From the sequence record DRR723986_5841: a stretch of DNA of 53,356 bases. One strand, given 5' to 3'. Made by a program: the position numbers and the translations under genes. The notes below the pieces were generated by a model, which was not told where the DNA came from, made no database searches, and worked only from the letters and a program-made list of their open reading frames with translations. This document shows, in pieces, positions 29,309 through 38,724 of this stretch. Every line of letters starts with the position of its first letter. Positions within the stretch are counted from its first letter, which is position 1.

Positions 29309-30613
29309 ATGAAACTGAGAACTCTCGCAATTTCCATCGCCGCAGTGGGCACCTTGGGCTCGGCCCAGGCCGCCACCGAAGCTGACTTGCAAAATTCATT
29401 TAACCCTTACAAAAGCGGCGTACCCTCCGTGCCAGGTTTACAGCCCGGCACAGTGGTGAACAAGGCCAACGTGGAGCAATTCAAAGAGGCGCTTGATCCT
29501 GGTATGTACATGACTGTGAAGAATGGTTGGTACGACATCAAGGTTGGAAAAACCACCAGCTTTGACGTGGACAAATTTTATGTGGAAGCTAGCCGCAAGA
29601 ATATGGGCAAAACGAAGTTAGGTCCCAAGAATGGCGATTTGACTGGTTTTGCTGGTGGTCGTCCGTTTCTCGAAGAGCCGGATGCCAAGGATGCACGTGC
29701 GGGCGAGAAGCTGGCCTGGAATTACAAGTACGGCATTAACTGGGGCGATGGCGCCGCAATTTATCCCTTCTACTGGAAGTTCCGTAACCTGCAAACCGGT
29801 CAGCTTGAGCGCACCATCAAGTACAACTTTCACTTTCTGAATTTCAAGCATCGTGTTCAACACTCGCCGACACCTGAGGTAACACCGAATCCTTCAGACT
29901 TTTTCCGTGCAATTTATGTGAAAGTGCTTGAGCCTCAGGATTTGAAAGACACCCAGTTGTTGATTCAACGTTATGACGATGATCAGAAGCTGGACGAAGC
30001 CAACTTGTACCTGGGTTTTCAGCGCCGAGTTCGTCGCTTGGCCACTGGGCAAACCACAGATTCATTCCTGGGTTCTGACCTGATGATTGAGGACTTTGAG
30101 GGTTACAACGGCCGGGTTTCTGACATGAACTGGAGTTTCAAAGGCACAAAGAACATTCTGATGCCGTTTTACAATCACACCGAGATGAAGTTGACAGACG
30201 AGTTCAAGGAAGCTGATGGCTTCAAGTTCATCAACTTCACTGGGCAAGGGCAGTGTTTCCCCGACATTACCTGGCAGTTGCGCAAGGTGTATGTGCTGGA
30301 AGCCAAGCCTGTGAATCCTTCGCACCCCATCGGCAAGCGCGTGATGCATGTAGATGCGCAAACATTCGCAGTGTCAAGAACGCTGGTGTATGACCGCAAG
30401 AACGAGTTGTGGAAAAGCTGGACGATTGGCAAGAGCCATCCTGATTTCCATCACCCCATCAACAAGGGCACAGGTGTGGCGATTGACGACAGTTTCAGCA
30501 TGGTTGACGTTCAAAGCCAGCACTGTACTACAGGCCAGTTCAAGGGCCTGGTTGATCCCAAGTTGACTCCACCAGAAATGATGCGCGTGCAGTTCATGCG
30601 CGGTGGCAATTGA
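29309..30613 (+). CDS. DUF1329-family periplasmic (LolA-like) protein
   Basis: Signal peptide, GRPF, AGEKLAWN, YLGFQRRVRR, FLGSD, HPIGKR, YDRKNELWK. Confidence 0.82.
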   Translation: MKLRTLAISIAAVGTLGSAQAATEADLQNSFNPYKSGVPSVPGLQPGTVVNKANVEQFKEALDPGMYMTVKNGWYDIKVGKTTSFDVDKFYVEASRKNMGKTKLGPKNGDLTGFAGGRPFLEEPDAKDARAGEKLAWNYKYGINWGDGAAIYPFYWKFRNLQTGQLERTIKYNFHFLNFKHRVQHSPTPEVTPNPSDFFRAIYVKVLEPQDLKDTQLLIQRYDDDQKLDEANLYLGFQRRVRRLATGQTTDSFLGSDLMIEDFEGYNGRVSDMNWSFKGTKNILMPFYNHTEMKLTDEFKEADGFKFINFTGQGQCFPDITWQLRKVYVLEAKPVNPSHPIGKRVMHVDAQTFAVSRTLVYDRKNELWKSWTIGKSHPDFHHPINKGTGVAIDDSFSMVDVQSQHCTTGQFKGLVDPKLTPPEMMRVQFMRGGN

Positions 30614-30675
30614 TTTGTTCATCCGCTAGTGTCCGGTAGCGTCTCGCCGGAACTGATCCTCCTCCAGGAGGCTTT

Positions 30676-30713
30676 AAGGCAAATTTCTGATTTTCAGGAA
30701 TTTGCCTTTTTTT
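30676..30713 (+). terminator. Terminator between the convergent lower operon and dmpR
   Basis: AAGGCAAATTTCTGA-TTT-TCAGGAATTTGCCTT followed by a T-run. Confidence 0.75.
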
Positions 30714-30714
30714 A

Positions 30715-32379
30715 TCACTCCAGCGGAATGCCTTCCTTCTTCAGCCGGTAAGCCAGTTGAGGGCGTGTAATACCCAACACCCGTGCAGCTTGAGACAGGT
30801 TACCTTTGGCCTGTTTCAATGCGGTTTGCATCAGCCGGCGTTCCAAGGTGTCTAGTCCCACATTCTTGGTCAAAATTTCGTTGCACAAGTCATCAATAGG
30901 GCGCGTTTCAACTGGTGCCAATTCGCCTTGCGCATTAAGCTGCGATTTTTCTTTGCAAGGCTCGATGCGGTCATCAAACAAGTGGCAGGCCTCCACATAT
31001 CCCCCGTCGGGTGCCAGCACCACAGCGCGTTCAATCAGGTTTTCCAGTTCGCGAATATTGCCGGGCCATTCATAGCTCATCACCTCTTGCATGGCTTTGT
31101 CGGTCAACCCTTGCAGCTTCTTGTTATAGCTTGCGCAGTACTTGGTCATGAAGCGGTTGATCAGTGGCGAAATGTCCGCCTGGCGTTCCCGCAGCGGTGG
31201 AATCTTGATTGGGAAGGTGTTCAGCCTGTAGTACAAATCGATTCGAAACTTGTTTTCGCGAATGGCCTGCTGAAGTTCCACGTTTGTTGCTGCCACAATG
31301 CGCACATTTACTTTTTGTACGCGCTCAGATCCTAACCTTTCGAACTCGCCAGTTTGCAACACGCGCAGTAATTTCACCTGGGTTGACAAGGGCAGGTCGC
31401 CTACTTCATCAAGAAACAGGGTGCCGTGGTCGGCACGTTCGAAGCGGCCTGCGCGCGGCGTGTGTGCACCCGTGTAAGCGCCTTTTTCCACACCAAACAA
31501 CTCTGCTTCAATCAATTCATGCGGAATGGCCGCGCAGTTTACTGCGAGAAACGGACCTTTAGCGCGCGGGCTGTTGTCGTGTAACCAGCGAGCAAACATT
31601 TCCTTGCCCACCCCTGTTTCGCCCAACAGCAGCACGGTGATGCTGCCCTGTGCCGCGCGCTGCAGCAATTCAAACGCATTCATGAAGGCAGGCGATACGC
31701 CTACCAAGTCGTCATTGCTGCGTCGGCGAACCAGGGCCGTATCCAGCTTCTCTGCACCCATGTGGTATTCAATCAATTCTTCGGCAAAGGCCTGTGCCTT
31801 GAAATACTCTTCATATTCTGGGTCGTTCCAGGCCTCTGCGCTTTGACCAATGATCAGGCACTGGGAATCGCCCTGGCTCATGCATTCCATTTCACGGAAC
31901 AGCACCAGCCTGCCCATGAAGGCACTGGTGTAGCCGGAGGCATAGCCAATCATGGTCCAACAGGCTGGTTCATCGCCTTGGCCATAGTCGGCCACGTGAG
32001 CCTCGTCTTCCCACGAGTTCTTCCAGACAAATTCACCGTAAAAGTGTTTGGTTGGCAAATTAATTTCCAAGCTGAGCTTTTCAACCTGCACCATGCCTTC
32101 CAGCGTGTGCAACTGCGGGCCCAGCATGAAAGCTTCTTCAACGGAGCTGCCAGCGCGTCGGTGTTTTAAGGCCACTTGGCCATCACGAATACCCGAGGCA
32201 AAGCCAAGTCGAACCAGCAGACCGCGTGCGCGTTTCAGGCCCAGGGTTTCAAACAGTTCCTTGCGCAGCGCGCCCAGTGCGCGGGCATGCATCAATAGCA
32301 TGCGTTGCTCGTCCAGCCAGATGTGGCCGGATGGCAGATTGAATTTCAACAGGGATTGCAGGTCGGTCACAGTATTCAT
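30715..32379 (-). CDS. dmpR: Phenol-responsive sigma54-dependent activator (DmpR/XylR family)
   Basis: XylR-N/V4R domain (IWLDEQRMLL, GPQLHTLEG, CWTMIGYASGY), AAA+ GETGVGKE and GAYTGA, Fis-type HTH. Confidence 0.93.
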   Translation of the reverse strand: MNTVTDLQSLLKFNLPSGHIWLDEQRMLLMHARALGALRKELFETLGLKRARGLLVRLGFASGIRDGQVALKHRRAGSSVEEAFMLGPQLHTLEGMVQVEKLSLEINLPTKHFYGEFVWKNSWEDEAHVADYGQGDEPACWTMIGYASGYTSAFMGRLVLFREMECMSQGDSQCLIIGQSAEAWNDPEYEEYFKAQAFAEELIEYHMGAEKLDTALVRRRSNDDLVGVSPAFMNAFELLQRAAQGSITVLLLGETGVGKEMFARWLHDNSPRAKGPFLAVNCAAIPHELIEAELFGVEKGAYTGAHTPRAGRFERADHGTLFLDEVGDLPLSTQVKLLRVLQTGEFERLGSERVQKVNVRIVAATNVELQQAIRENKFRIDLYYRLNTFPIKIPPLRERQADISPLINRFMTKYCASYNKKLQGLTDKAMQEVMSYEWPGNIRELENLIERAVVLAPDGGYVEACHLFDDRIEPCKEKSQLNAQGELAPVETRPIDDLCNEILTKNVGLDTLERRLMQTALKQAKGNLSQAARVLGITRPQLAYRLKKEGIPLE

Positions 32380-32440
32380 GTCTCCAATGTGCCTTTGGCT
32401 TTTTTCTTTTGATTATGCCTTGTTTTTCAGCCAAACAATG

Positions 32441-32482
32441 TAAAAAAGCCCAAGCGGGTCGACTACCCCGTTTGGGCTTTTC
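32441..32482 (-). terminator. Terminator downstream of catechol 2,3-dioxygenase
   Basis: AAAAGCCCAAGCGGG...CCCGTTTGGGCTTTT hairpin with flanking A/T runs. Confidence 0.72.
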
Positions 32483-32520
32483 AAGGCCGCAAGAACGGCC
32501 CACCGAAAGCGGTCTGTTGC

Positions 32521-33456
32521 TTAGGTGAATACGCCCAAAAAGTTCTCGTTGAGCTTTCTGTCGTGGTAGAAAATCGCCCGGCCAAGGTCGTCGCTTGTCC
32601 AGGTAATTATTGGCTTGTCCGGGTAGTGGATGTAACCTCCCGCAAACACCTCGTTGCGGTTGCCCGAGGGGTCGAAGAAGTAAATCGTCTCACCACGGGT
32701 AATACCATGGCGTGTGGGTCCAAGGTCGAGTGACACTTTCTTTTTGGAAATGATGTCGGCTGCGCGAAGTACCTCGCCCCAGTTGTCCAGAATAAACGAG
32801 GCATGGTGAAACGCCCCTTTCATCGGCTGTCGAATGAAGGCCACATCGTGCGGCTTGGTGGAACAACTCAAGAATACGCTGATGCGAAAGTCGTGGTTGT
32901 CTTCAGCCACCACTTGTTCAGTGATGTCGAAGCCTAGTACCTCTGTGAACAGTTTCACCACGCCATCCAGATCATCGCCGTACAGCAGGCAATGGTCAAA
33001 GCGGGAGGGGCCCATGCCCTTCAGGTCATCGGGCCAGGGGTCAGGGTTCACCAGAGGCAGGCAGTTGCCCACTTTGTTTTTCTCGGCCAACAATTCCATT
33101 GTGTGGCCAGTGGTTGTGGTGAAGCGAAAGCGTTCACCAGTTTCCAGATGCTCGCCAGCAGGTATCCAGCAGCAGTCGGTGGCAAGGCCACTTTCTTCAA
33201 CCTTTTTGGACAAGTCTTTCAGAGTTTGAATGCTATCCACGCGCCAGCCCATATAGTCCATACCCGCTGCGTCGGCCTCACGCAGCACCACACTGTGGTG
33301 ATCGTGTTCATCCCACGCTTTCAGGTACACGCGACCTTGTTTGTCGCGCCCGGTTTCCAGCAGGCCCAGCACATCGGTGTAGTGCTTCACGGCTGGTTCC
33401 AAATCCAGCACCCGAAGCGCCACGTGGCTTGGCCTTAATACGCCTGTCATTGCCAT
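32521..33456 (-). CDS. dmpB: Catechol 2,3-dioxygenase
   Basis: [41 protein letters not shown]. Confidence 0.96.
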
Positions 33457-33486
33457 GTTGATCTCCTTATCCCTATGGTTTTATAG

Positions 33487-33813
33487 CTATGTGTGCATGG
33501 GTTGCTTGGCGAAATGCTTTGCAATGCACTTTTCCATTTTTCCGATTGCCGACAGTTCAAGGTCGGTCAGCGGAAAACATCTGCAGGCCAGCACCACGCC
33601 CTGGGCTTGTTCTTCAGCAGTAACATGCTGTCGACTCATTTTCAGGGTGCGATATTCGCCCGATTCAATCCGAACACGGCATACGCCGCATCCACCTCCA
33701 CGGCACCCCACCGGGATGCCTTTGCGGTTCAGTTGCTCCATGCCTTTCAGCAGGTTGTCTTCTGAGCTGCAGGTGTACTCTTCCTTGGTGTTCTGAATGG
33801 CCACGCGGTGCAT
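33487..33813 (-). CDS. dmpQ: XylT-type [2Fe-2S] ferredoxin (reactivates catechol 2,3-dioxygenase)
   Basis: GCRGGGCGVC, MSRQHV, LACR. Confidence 0.9.
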   Translation of the reverse strand: MHRVAIQNTKEEYTCSSEDNLLKGMEQLNRKGIPVGCRGGGCGVCRVRIESGEYRTLKMSRQHVTAEEQAQGVVLACRCFPLTDLELSAIGKMEKCIAKHFAKQPMHT

Positions 33814-33828
33814 GTGTGCGGCCCTCCG

Positions 33829-34887
33829 TTACACGTGTTTGAACAGCGGGCTTTTCTTTGCTAATCCCTCTGCATCGGCCGAGGTCAGGAACCGCTCGGT
33901 GTAAATGTCTCGTTCAAATAATTGCCCTTGCATCAGCGTGGCGATGCACGCTTCAATCATGGGCGGTGGTCCGCACATGTAAGCCTTGTGGCCCCGAAAA
34001 TCATTGTTGAAGTGCGCCTTCAACGCCTCGTGCACAAAACCTTTTGCACCGGTCCAACTCGCGCTCACGTCTGCATCCGAGAGGGCAGGAATGTAGGTGA
34101 AGTTGGCGTGTTTGGCTGCAAGCTCCGTGAAGTAGTTGTGGTAGTACAACTCGGCTTCATTGCGTGCCCCTTGCACCAATGTGATGGGCAATGTGCAACC
34201 CTCATTAAACAATTCTTCAATCATGGCTTTCGGGCTGGAAAGGCCAGAACCACCTGCCAGAAAAATCATGGGTAGATTGGCCGATTTGCGTGTGAAAAAG
34301 CGACCCAGCGGGGCGGTGAATTCCAGTGTGTCACCCACCTTCAGTTCGTCATGCAGCCAGGTGGTGGCCGCACCGCCTGGTACTTTTCGAATATGCAATT
34401 CAACCAGGTTTGTGCCCGGGGCATTGCCGATTGAAAATGCACGTTCGCCTTGCACGCCCGGTACTTTCAGCATGACGTACTGCCCAGCTTGAAAGTGAAC
34501 CGGCTCATCGACTTCAAGCCAGATACCGCGAATGGTGGGGGTGAGCATGTCAGCTTTGACCACACGCCCGGAGAAGTCCTGAAGTCCAATGAATTGTGCA
34601 TCCGGGTCTTCGTCCACCTCAGCTTCAATCACGGTGTCGCATTCAACGGTTGCGCAGCACGCCAGAATTTTTCGTTCATCGCGTTCAAAGTCCATCAGCG
34701 CAAACGGCGAGGCTTCCCCATGTTCGAATTCACCTTCCAACACTTGTACCTTGCAAGTGGCGCACAGGCCATGACCACAGGCGTGGGGTAGCCAAACACC
34801 TGCGCGAAGGCAGGCGTCCAGCACGGTTTGCCCTTCCTCGATGTCGATTGTTTGACCAATCGGTTCGATGGTGAGTTGATAGCTCAT
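33829..34887 (-). CDS. dmpP: Phenol hydroxylase reductase P5
   Basis: CGHGLCATC ferredoxin domain, RAFSI, AGGSGLS, CGPPPM. Confidence 0.95.
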   Translation of the reverse strand: MSYQLTIEPIGQTIDIEEGQTVLDACLRAGVWLPHACGHGLCATCKVQVLEGEFEHGEASPFALMDFERDERKILACCATVECDTVIEAEVDEDPDAQFIGLQDFSGRVVKADMLTPTIRGIWLEVDEPVHFQAGQYVMLKVPGVQGERAFSIGNAPGTNLVELHIRKVPGGAATTWLHDELKVGDTLEFTAPLGRFFTRKSANLPMIFLAGGSGLSSPKAMIEELFNEGCTLPITLVQGARNEAELYYHNYFTELAAKHANFTYIPALSDADVSASWTGAKGFVHEALKAHFNNDFRGHKAYMCGPPPMIEACIATLMQGQLFERDIYTERFLTSADAEGLAKKSPLFKHV

Positions 34888-34906
34888 TGCGGGTTCCCCT
34901 TTGCGC

Positions 34907-35269
34907 TTACGCGCCCGAACCAGACAGGCCTGTCAAGCCGGGGGTGGTGAAGCGCAACACCGACTTGTGCGTCAAACCGTTTTCATCCAGCGATTTGCCC
35001 AAGTCGGGAGTGAAGTTTTCACGCCCGTGTTTCCACTGAACGGTACTCCAATCAATTTTTGCAAAGTCGGGGTGACTTCCGTATAGCGAAGGCAGTACCT
35101 CATTCACCAATGCCCCGAAGGGCATGGCGGGTGGCAGTGGCAAGGCCATGGGTGCGCAAAACATCAGGTGGTGTTCCCAGTTCACGAACAACAAGCGGTT
35201 GCCGTGAAAGTTCTCTTCAAGATCGCGTACCACGCCGGTGTAGCCCGGCTGCAATGAAACGAGTGCCAT
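34907..35269 (-). CDS. dmpO: Phenol hydroxylase gamma subunit P4
   Basis: ENFHG, WEHHLMFCAP, HPDFAKIDW, SLDENGLTHK, TPGLTG. Confidence 0.93.
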   Translation of the reverse strand: MALVSLQPGYTGVVRDLEENFHGNRLLFVNWEHHLMFCAPMALPLPPAMPFGALVNEVLPSLYGSHPDFAKIDWSTVQWKHGRENFTPDLGKSLDENGLTHKSVLRFTTPGLTGLSGSGA

Positions 35270-35291
35270 GTTGTTCTCCTCCTTGTTGTTG

Positions 35292-36833
35292 TCAGGCCGC
35301 CGGTGCGTCTTTGTGGTCGCGCCCTGTCCATTGCTCCCAGTTCATCTGGTCCTGACTGCCCATGTACTCGCCGTTGTCCTGGCCGGGCACCAGGTTGTAG
35401 TACTTCAGTACATTGTCCAGTCCTTCGCCGCCGCAGTTACCCTGGAAGATTTGATGCACCGGCAGCCAGCTTTGAACGTACTTCTCGGGCTCGTTCTCGA
35501 AAATGTCTTTACAGCCATCCGAGCAGAAGTGGTACTTCATACCGTGGTAGGTTGTTTCCCGCAGGCAGGTGGTTGTGGGGTCATCGGGTTCCGTGAAAAT
35601 TGTCGGCACTTGGCACAACTGGCACAGCATCGGCAGGCCAGGGTTGCTCCAGCGCTTACCTTCTTTCTGAAGGGCATCCCAGTGCTCAAAACGTGGACGA
35701 TAGTGCTTGTCGAAAGTGTCGGGGTACTTCTCGCTCAACCACTTCAGTTCGCTTTCTTCGGGTACCCAAGTGTGAAATGCAGCGGCATGGCTGAAGTTGT
35801 AGAAAGTAGCCCACACTTCATGGCTCAAACGGCTTTTCTCTTTGCTGGCTACTTCGTGGTACTTGGGCATACGAATACCGTAGCGGCTCAAGTCTTCGAA
35901 CAGTGCGCCACCGTTTTTCTCGAAATAGGTTTCCCATGCTTCCTGCCAGCTCATCACGCGTTTGGGCAGCATGTAGTCCATCATCATCGAAACCAAGGCC
36001 AGCAAGCGGTAACCGCGCCAGAACCACTTGTCGATCCACTTTTGAACGATGTCTTTGTTGCCCGGGTCTTGTTCCAACATAAACTTGACCACCTCAAGAC
36101 CAAGTGTCATGTGGCGGGATTCATCTGATTGGGCGGAAAAGCCGAAAGTAACCGTGGCCATGTCGCCGTTGTAGGCAGCACCGCTCATGAATGGCATAAA
36201 CAACAGGTTGGTCAATACATACTCAAAAGAAAACGAGATGGCTGTAATGAATTCAAAGGGACCTGCAGACTGTGCATCTTCAAAGTAGCTCTTGGGTACG
36301 CTGAGGTACCACACGCGGTCGTGCATGTGGCGGAAGTCGTGCAAGCCGTTGAAAAACTTGTTGTAGTGGCTGATGGTGTGCACCTGGGTTTGTGCATGGC
36401 GCAATTCATCAATGGCCTGCATCTGCGATGCGATTCGTGCACTAACTCCACGGAAAGAACGACCCACGTGGGCGTAGCCACGGTGCGCTGCATATTCCAG
36501 TGGTGATACACCTGTGAGGAATAACTTCAAAGTGTTGATGTAGCGAGCATCCGTTACATTGAACTGACCATTGTTCTGAGCAAACGCGTCAATAATGGCG
36601 TACAGTTTTTTCTCTTTTTCGCCCTGGAATTTCCAGTAGGCGTCCATGGTCAAGCGGAACGGATCTTCCCACTTGTCCCAGTCATGGATTTTGATGCCTT
36701 CAAACTGGTCGTAAGGGAATACATCGTCCATGGCTTGGTAGGTGGTGTCCCAGCCAAGTCCGCGGGTCATCATGCCGTATTTCTCTTTCAGGCCCAGTTT
36801 TTTGTTGCCTGTGTTCTTGGGTACTGCGCTCAT
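35292..36833 (-). CDS. dmpN: Phenol hydroxylase alpha (diiron) subunit P3
   Basis: WEDPFRLT, two DExRH motifs (IDELRH, SDESRH), FSFEYVLTNLLF, FCSDGC. Confidence 0.97.
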   Translation of the reverse strand: MSAVPKNTGNKKLGLKEKYGMMTRGLGWDTTYQAMDDVFPYDQFEGIKIHDWDKWEDPFRLTMDAYWKFQGEKEKKLYAIIDAFAQNNGQFNVTDARYINTLKLFLTGVSPLEYAAHRGYAHVGRSFRGVSARIASQMQAIDELRHAQTQVHTISHYNKFFNGLHDFRHMHDRVWYLSVPKSYFEDAQSAGPFEFITAISFSFEYVLTNLLFMPFMSGAAYNGDMATVTFGFSAQSDESRHMTLGLEVVKFMLEQDPGNKDIVQKWIDKWFWRGYRLLALVSMMMDYMLPKRVMSWQEAWETYFEKNGGALFEDLSRYGIRMPKYHEVASKEKSRLSHEVWATFYNFSHAAAFHTWVPEESELKWLSEKYPDTFDKHYRPRFEHWDALQKEGKRWSNPGLPMLCQLCQVPTIFTEPDDPTTTCLRETTYHGMKYHFCSDGCKDIFENEPEKYVQSWLPVHQIFQGNCGGEGLDNVLKYYNLVPGQDNGEYMGSQDQMNWEQWTGRDHKDAPAA

Positions 36834-36872
36834 GTCTCTACTCCTTCAAGTTGAAAATTTCCGGGACTGGCA

Positions 36873-37175
36873 TTACGCCGCGTGGCCCCAGTACAGTTCA
36901 AATTCATCCTCTGTTTCATTGATGCTGCCCGACAGGGAAATCAGGTTCAGGTGAATTTCCTGAAGATCCCAGTCACGCCCCATCAGGTCGGACACGCTTT
37001 GGCGCTTGACCACCAAACGGCCGGGCGACTCGATCTTGACCATTGCCGGAAACTCCTCGACTGTGGCTTGCGGGTTGTCTTCCCGAATGGCCTCGACAAT
37101 GTTGCGGGTATCGTCGTTGGTGACAAATGCAATAAACACCGGCGTTTTCGTTCGTTCTGGGGTTGGCGGGTTCAT
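36873..37175 (-). CDS. dmpM: Phenol hydroxylase regulatory protein P2
   Basis: IVEAIREDNP, PAMVKI, NLISLSG (MmoB/DmpM family). Confidence 0.94.
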   Translation of the reverse strand: MNPPTPERTKTPVFIAFVTNDDTRNIVEAIREDNPQATVEEFPAMVKIESPGRLVVKRQSVSDLMGRDWDLQEIHLNLISLSGSINETEDEFELYWGHAA

Positions 37176-38185
37176 GCTGCAGCTCCGGGTGTTTTCAAAC
37201 CGATCTTCTTGGCGCGCACCAGCAGGTCTTCCTTAATCTGCATGAAAATGCTGGCGGCTTCTTCTGCAAACAATGAGGTCATCAAAGGCTGCAAAGCGCG
37301 GGTAGTTTCTGTCATCCAGATGTCGAACCAGCGGCTCAGTATTTCCTTGTTCTCTGGTGATTCATCCACTGCGGTTTTGATGGTGGAGTCCACCCAACGT
37401 TGGGTTTCGGCAAACCATTCCTGCATGAAGTTGGTACACATGGAGAAGGTTTGGCCTGCCATTGGATTCAGGCGTGTTTCAAGGTGCTTGTAAAACATGG
37501 GGTACACCAGTCCGTCCATCACAAAATTCTGTGCCAGAAAAACTTCAAACCAGTCTTTTGTGACAAACAGGTTTTCCATGCTGCGGCGAAGTTCTTGCCA
37601 CTCGGGCGTGTGCAGCCAGTGCTGCTTGCCCACTTCCAATGAGTCGCCCGTGTTGCCATCCAGCAGCAAACCAAGGCGGCTGACATATTGCGCGAGGCCC
37701 AAGCGGTCCATGGTGTTGTACATGGTGGCTTGTGTAATTGCGGCGCCGTAACCGAAGCTGGTACAAAAGCAGTTGTTCATGTTGGCGCCCCACTCGTAGT
37801 GGCGAAGCGGCAGCACAGCGAAAATTAAATGTTCTTTGTCTTTCTCGCTCAGGTTGTAGAACACACCACGCTTTTCTGCGAACTCAAACTGCTTCTCGGC
37901 CGCATCCTGTTGCTTGGCACGGTTCATGGTGTACACGCCGTAGTAGTACTGTCGTGGGTCTTTGAAGGTGTACCAATCGGCCATTTTGATGGCTGTACGG
38001 GCAGTGTCGTACAGGTCGTACTGTGGGTCCCAAATGGGGCGGTAGTGGAAGTTGGTGTCCGACTGCATGTCGAACGTGGCTTCCTGATAGCGCGACGCAG
38101 GCTTGTCTGCACCCAACCGGCGGGCCACATTCGAGAATGTGTTGCGAAGTTGTTTGATGTTCGACGTTTTGATGTCGACTTGCAT
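37172..38185 (-). CDS. dmpL: Phenol hydroxylase beta subunit P1
   Basis: RYQEAT, NFHYRPIWDP, DPRQYYY, PLRHYEWGANMNN, DWFE. Confidence 0.95.
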   Translation of the reverse strand: MQVDIKTSNIKQLRNTFSNVARRLGADKPASRYQEATFDMQSDTNFHYRPIWDPQYDLYDTARTAIKMADWYTFKDPRQYYYGVYTMNRAKQQDAAEKQFEFAEKRGVFYNLSEKDKEHLIFAVLPLRHYEWGANMNNCFCTSFGYGAAITQATMYNTMDRLGLAQYVSRLGLLLDGNTGDSLEVGKQHWLHTPEWQELRRSMENLFVTKDWFEVFLAQNFVMDGLVYPMFYKHLETRLNPMAGQTFSMCTNFMQEWFAETQRWVDSTIKTAVDESPENKEILSRWFDIWMTETTRALQPLMTSLFAEEAASIFMQIKEDLLVRAKKIGLKTPGAAA

Positions 38186-38219
38186 GATGTCTTCTCCTTT
38201 CCTCTATTTATTTGGTTTT

Positions 38220-38516
38220 TTATTCGCTGACGCCGGCCTGGCCGAATTGCCACTTCAGGCGTTCGTAGTCCAGCCAGGCGCATTGCTCGGCAGTCAATTC
38301 CACAGCATTGTGTTGTTTGCAAAATTCGCGGAACTGATCGAATTGCATCACCAGTTCCACGCAAAGCTCTGGATCGCCAATCGAAAACTCGAACTCGACA
38401 AAGCGATTGTTCAAGGTGCCGGTGACGCGCACATAACGTGGAATGGACGCCTCCAGAATTCCGTTCAGCTCCGGTGGCGGGGTATCGCTTTTGGATGTTT
38501 TGACTTCTTTGATCAT
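38220..38516 (-). CDS. dmpK: Phenol hydroxylase assembly protein P0
   Basis: YVRVTG...FVEFEFSIGDPELCVEL...F.EFC; AGAGGG RBS before ATG 38516. Confidence 0.9.
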   Translation of the reverse strand: MIKEVKTSKSDTPPPELNGILEASIPRYVRVTGTLNNRFVEFEFSIGDPELCVELVMQFDQFREFCKQHNAVELTAEQCAWLDYERLKWQFGQAGVSE

Positions 38517-38552
38517 TTGGAACCCTCTTGCTTGATTTCCCATGTAAAGGGG

Positions 38553-38567
38553 GCAAGGGGTATGCCA
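38553..38567 (-). promoter_or_regulatory. Sigma54 -24/-12 promoter of the phenol hydroxylase operon
   Basis: Minus strand TGGCATACCCCTTGC = GG-N10-GC. Confidence 0.88.
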
Positions 38568-38574
38568 TGTTATC

Positions 38575-38587
38575 TAAGTGATTGAAA
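38575..38587 (-). promoter_or_regulatory. IHF-like site
   Basis: Minus strand TTTCAATCACTTA, one mismatch to WATCAANNNNTTR, between the UAS and the sigma54 promoter. Confidence 0.55.
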
Positions 38588-38642
38588 TGATGGGAATTAT
38601 AAAAAATAGAGGATGGATTCTAAGAAATTTACGGGTGCTGAA

Positions 38643-38681
38643 AAGATCAATTGCTGCGGTGCAAGTTGATCAAATGGTGAA
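38643..38681. promoter_or_regulatory. Two DmpR/XylR-type upstream activating sequences
   Basis: AAGATCAATTGCTGCG (38643) and TTGATCAAATGGTGAA (38666) resemble the TTGATCAATTGATCAA palindrome. Confidence 0.65.
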
Positions 38682-38724
38682 ACGAGGGCGGGGTGCCCAC
38701 TCATGTGGTTCCCCGCTTCTTTTG

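Noticed and set aside
16895-38681. Phenol cluster as a mobile catabolic transposon
   Set aside because: No transposase, integrase or terminal repeats are visible at either flank.
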